DNA from: Octopus bimaculoides
Taxonomy: Eukaryota
DNA: 64,000 nucleotides
Assembly (NCBI RefSeq): GCF_001194135.2
Contig: NC_068987.1
Location: 13,337,980-13,401,979, forward strand
Reading direction: 5' to 3'
The notes below the pieces were generated by a model, which was not told where the DNA came from, did not search any database, and saw only the letters and a program-made list of their open reading frames with translations. Positions 63,291 to 64,000 of the stretch are shown here, piece by piece. Position 1 is the stretch's first letter. Each line of letters opens with the position of its first letter. Made by a program: the position numbers and the translations under genes.

Positions 63291-64000
63291 TGTTTGTGTA
63301 GCTGTTGTCACCAAGAATGTATGATCTGGTCTCATCTCCTTTTAGTTACCATTTTGCTTAACACCAGACATTCTATTTCACTCTCGGAATTGTCAAAGCA
63401 TGGAAATAAACTACCTGTCACCAGTCATTAGCTGTCAGGACACAGCATCCTTCAAAACTCAAAAAAATTCCATGCCTCCTGAAATTCACCCACTCCACCC
63501 CTGACATACCCTAAACAACCCTTTCCATATTTTTTATGGCTCATTTAATGTTTATTTTTCTGGGAGTGTTTTTTTTGTGTGTGTTTTATTCCATGTGCAG
63601 TGTATGCACTTTTAGCTACCATTTCCATCTTTCTTTATTTGACATACATCTGTTTCCTCTCCCTTCTTTTAATCTTTTATTGGGGAGTCGTCATGCATCT
63701 GAGCGCTGCATTCAATAAGATCATCATCATCATCATCATCCTCTTTGTTGTTGTTGTTGTTGTTGTTATTAGTCTGTCTTTATGTCTTGAGTTCAAATGT
63801 CACCGGAGTCAACTCTGCCTGTCGCTCTTTCGGATGAACTGGAGTCAATGCAATCGAGTTATCCCTTCCCCCCATGAAATTACTGGCCTTGCACCAGAAT
63901 TTGAAGCCAGGCAAAATGCTAAGCTGCAGCATTTCATCTGTCTTTACATTCCGAGTTCAAATTCCACCAAGGTCCCACATTGCCTTTCATCCTTTCGAGG

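Noticed and set aside
62070-63301. His/Thr-, Val/Cys- and poly-T-rich ORFs
   Set aside because: Translations of (CA)n, (TG)n and (GTA/GGT)n microsatellites with no splice or domain support.

Overview
AT-rich, microsatellite-dense, gapped eukaryotic scaffold; the repeat content suggests an octopus/coleoid cephalopod genome (inference from recalled repeat families, not searched). The only protein-coding gene I can support is the 3' end of a class II phosphoinositide 3-kinase (PIK3C2A-like): four + strand exons (2748-5584) with canonical, phase-compatible splice sites encoding the end of the PX region and the C-terminal C2 domain. The rest is transposon-derived: about 30 copies of one tRNA-type SINE, several other SINE and LINE-tail families, RTE, Tx1 and Penelope (GIY-YIG) fragments, a rosa-like mariner relic, TTAA- and hAT-type MITEs, and a MITE with internal TTAGGG repeats. 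Most notable: several minimal type I hammerhead-ribozyme folds (2281-2327, 14255-14315, 18790-18834, 49588-49632), three of them at the pivot of long fold-back hairpins. One carries an exact compensatory G3:C8 swap of the catalytic-core tertiary pair and lies in a PI3K intron. CpG retention in the repeats also divides the window into depleted / retained (about 29.5-51.5 kb) / depleted domains, and there is splice-site evidence for an unannotated minus-strand transcript near 20.2-21.0 kb. Nearly all long ORFs in the supplied track are microsatellite or N-gap artefacts. All folds and alignments were done by eye.
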